Shown here in pieces: positions 63,201-64,000 of a stretch of DNA of 64,000 bases. The notes under the pieces were generated by a model, which saw only the letters and a program-made list of their open reading frames with translations, searched no databases and was not told the origin of the DNA. Made by a program: the position numbers and the translations under genes. The first letter of the stretch is position 1, and every line of letters begins with the position of its first letter. Source of the stretch: Amphiscolops sp. MND2022 (Eukaryota); the NCBI GenBank assembly GCA_964187785.1, contig OZ076420.1:45880001-45944000 (forward strand). The letters are read 5' to 3'.

Positions 63201-63994
63201 TTTGTCGTAGTCGAATCCTCTTTGAAGACACAATGATGTGGTAAATAGAAGCTTTGATCATCAGGTACTTCTAATGCCGCCTCAGGAACCACCTCCATAT
63301 GCTGCATGTTGATAAACTCATCAATGAATGCTTTGTATCCTTTTTTAAATTCTGGTTTTGCATTTAGGCGATTTTCCAAATGATTAAATCTTCTCTTTGC
63401 TTGACTCAAACTTTCTCCTAGTTTCATTGAGGACTTGAAAGGAAGCTTCACAACAAAACGGTCATTCTCTATTCTTGTATTTTGACAGAAATGGTCATTA
63501 CAGTCACTTTCTTCCCCTGTCCACATTGAACGTTGCGGCAATTCTTCAATTTCCCAGAATTGTTGGAGTTGAAAGTCAACTGATTCAACCGATGCACGAA
63601 AAGCCTGAGCATTACCTGAGTCTTTAGAGGGCGCTGTCCCTGACACTGTCCATCCGAAAGCCGTTTGGCGAGCAAACAAGTTTCCTGTGATTTGCTTTCG
63701 CTCATGTCCAACTATTTTTTCATAAATGTCCATTCCGAGGATGATGTCTATTTTACCCGACTTGTAAAAGTTTGGATCGGAAAATTCAATCTCATATGAT
63801 TGAATATTTGCAGGTACTTTGATTGACTTTGAAGGTAACAAACTAGTGAGTTTTGGGAGGATGAATGCAGAAACTTGATGCACTCTTGACATTCTGTCTA
63901 CTAGCTGTAAGTGGGATGTCCCATGATCAACAACTGTTGAATTTCCGCTAATGCCAGTAACACTTATTTTAGACTTTCTACGGGGTAAAGTCAA
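60224..63994 (-). pseudogene. BEL/Pao pol (end of protease, RT, RNase H, integrase) with several frameshifts at about 62250-62600
   Basis: ADIAKMYRQV, FYVDD, MFCDA, KTKVAP...LPRLEL, WTDS, NPADLASRG, GLDFAGP, SDNGSNF, GGVWEAGVK. Confidence 0.95.
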
Positions 63995-64000
63995 TTTCTG

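Larger units (their letters stand above)
58726..64000 (-). mobile_element. Second BEL/Pao retrotransposon, 5' end beyond the window; the left boundary is inferred
   Basis: The pol ORFs are certain. The putative 3' LTR is 58726-58932 (TGTTG...CAACA), preceded on the minus strand by GGTGTCCTGGA|TGTTG, which I read as a BEL-like PPT/LTR junction; it is unconfirmed without the second LTR. Confidence 0.7.

Overview
AT-rich, intron-rich invertebrate metazoan genomic DNA. The repeat content reminds me of acoel flatworms, but that is an unverified impression. I reconstructed three host genes by hand from splice sites and reading phase: (1) the 3' part of an ESRP/fusilli splicing-regulator gene (8 exons, 875-9947, +); (2) a complete 6-exon rhodopsin-family GPCR (31073-45409, +, 326 aa); (3) a 3-exon secreted Asp/His-rich protein with HKG repeats (51709-56143, +, 144 aa) that the ORF track misses as a gene. 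There are three LTR retrotransposons. The first is an 11.1-kb Ty3/Gypsy-type element (15648-26727, TSD ACACT) that lacks protease/RT/RNase H but carries an antisense, intron-containing zinc-finger/hAT-transposase-like gene, a 3' ORF running into the LTR, dispersed GACCnnnGGTC palindromes and an over-long tRNA-Leu copy at its PBS. The second is a young BEL/Pao element in GPCR intron 3 (35065-42484, TSD TATCA). The third is a BEL/Pao element truncated by the window end, which appears to carry an antisense JmjC (2OG-Fe(II) dioxygenase) gene between pol and its putative 3' LTR. The rest is MITE/foldback-like elements, a tRNA-derived SINE, tandem arrays and an abundant dispersed repeat family. All coordinates and counts were made by eye without tools.
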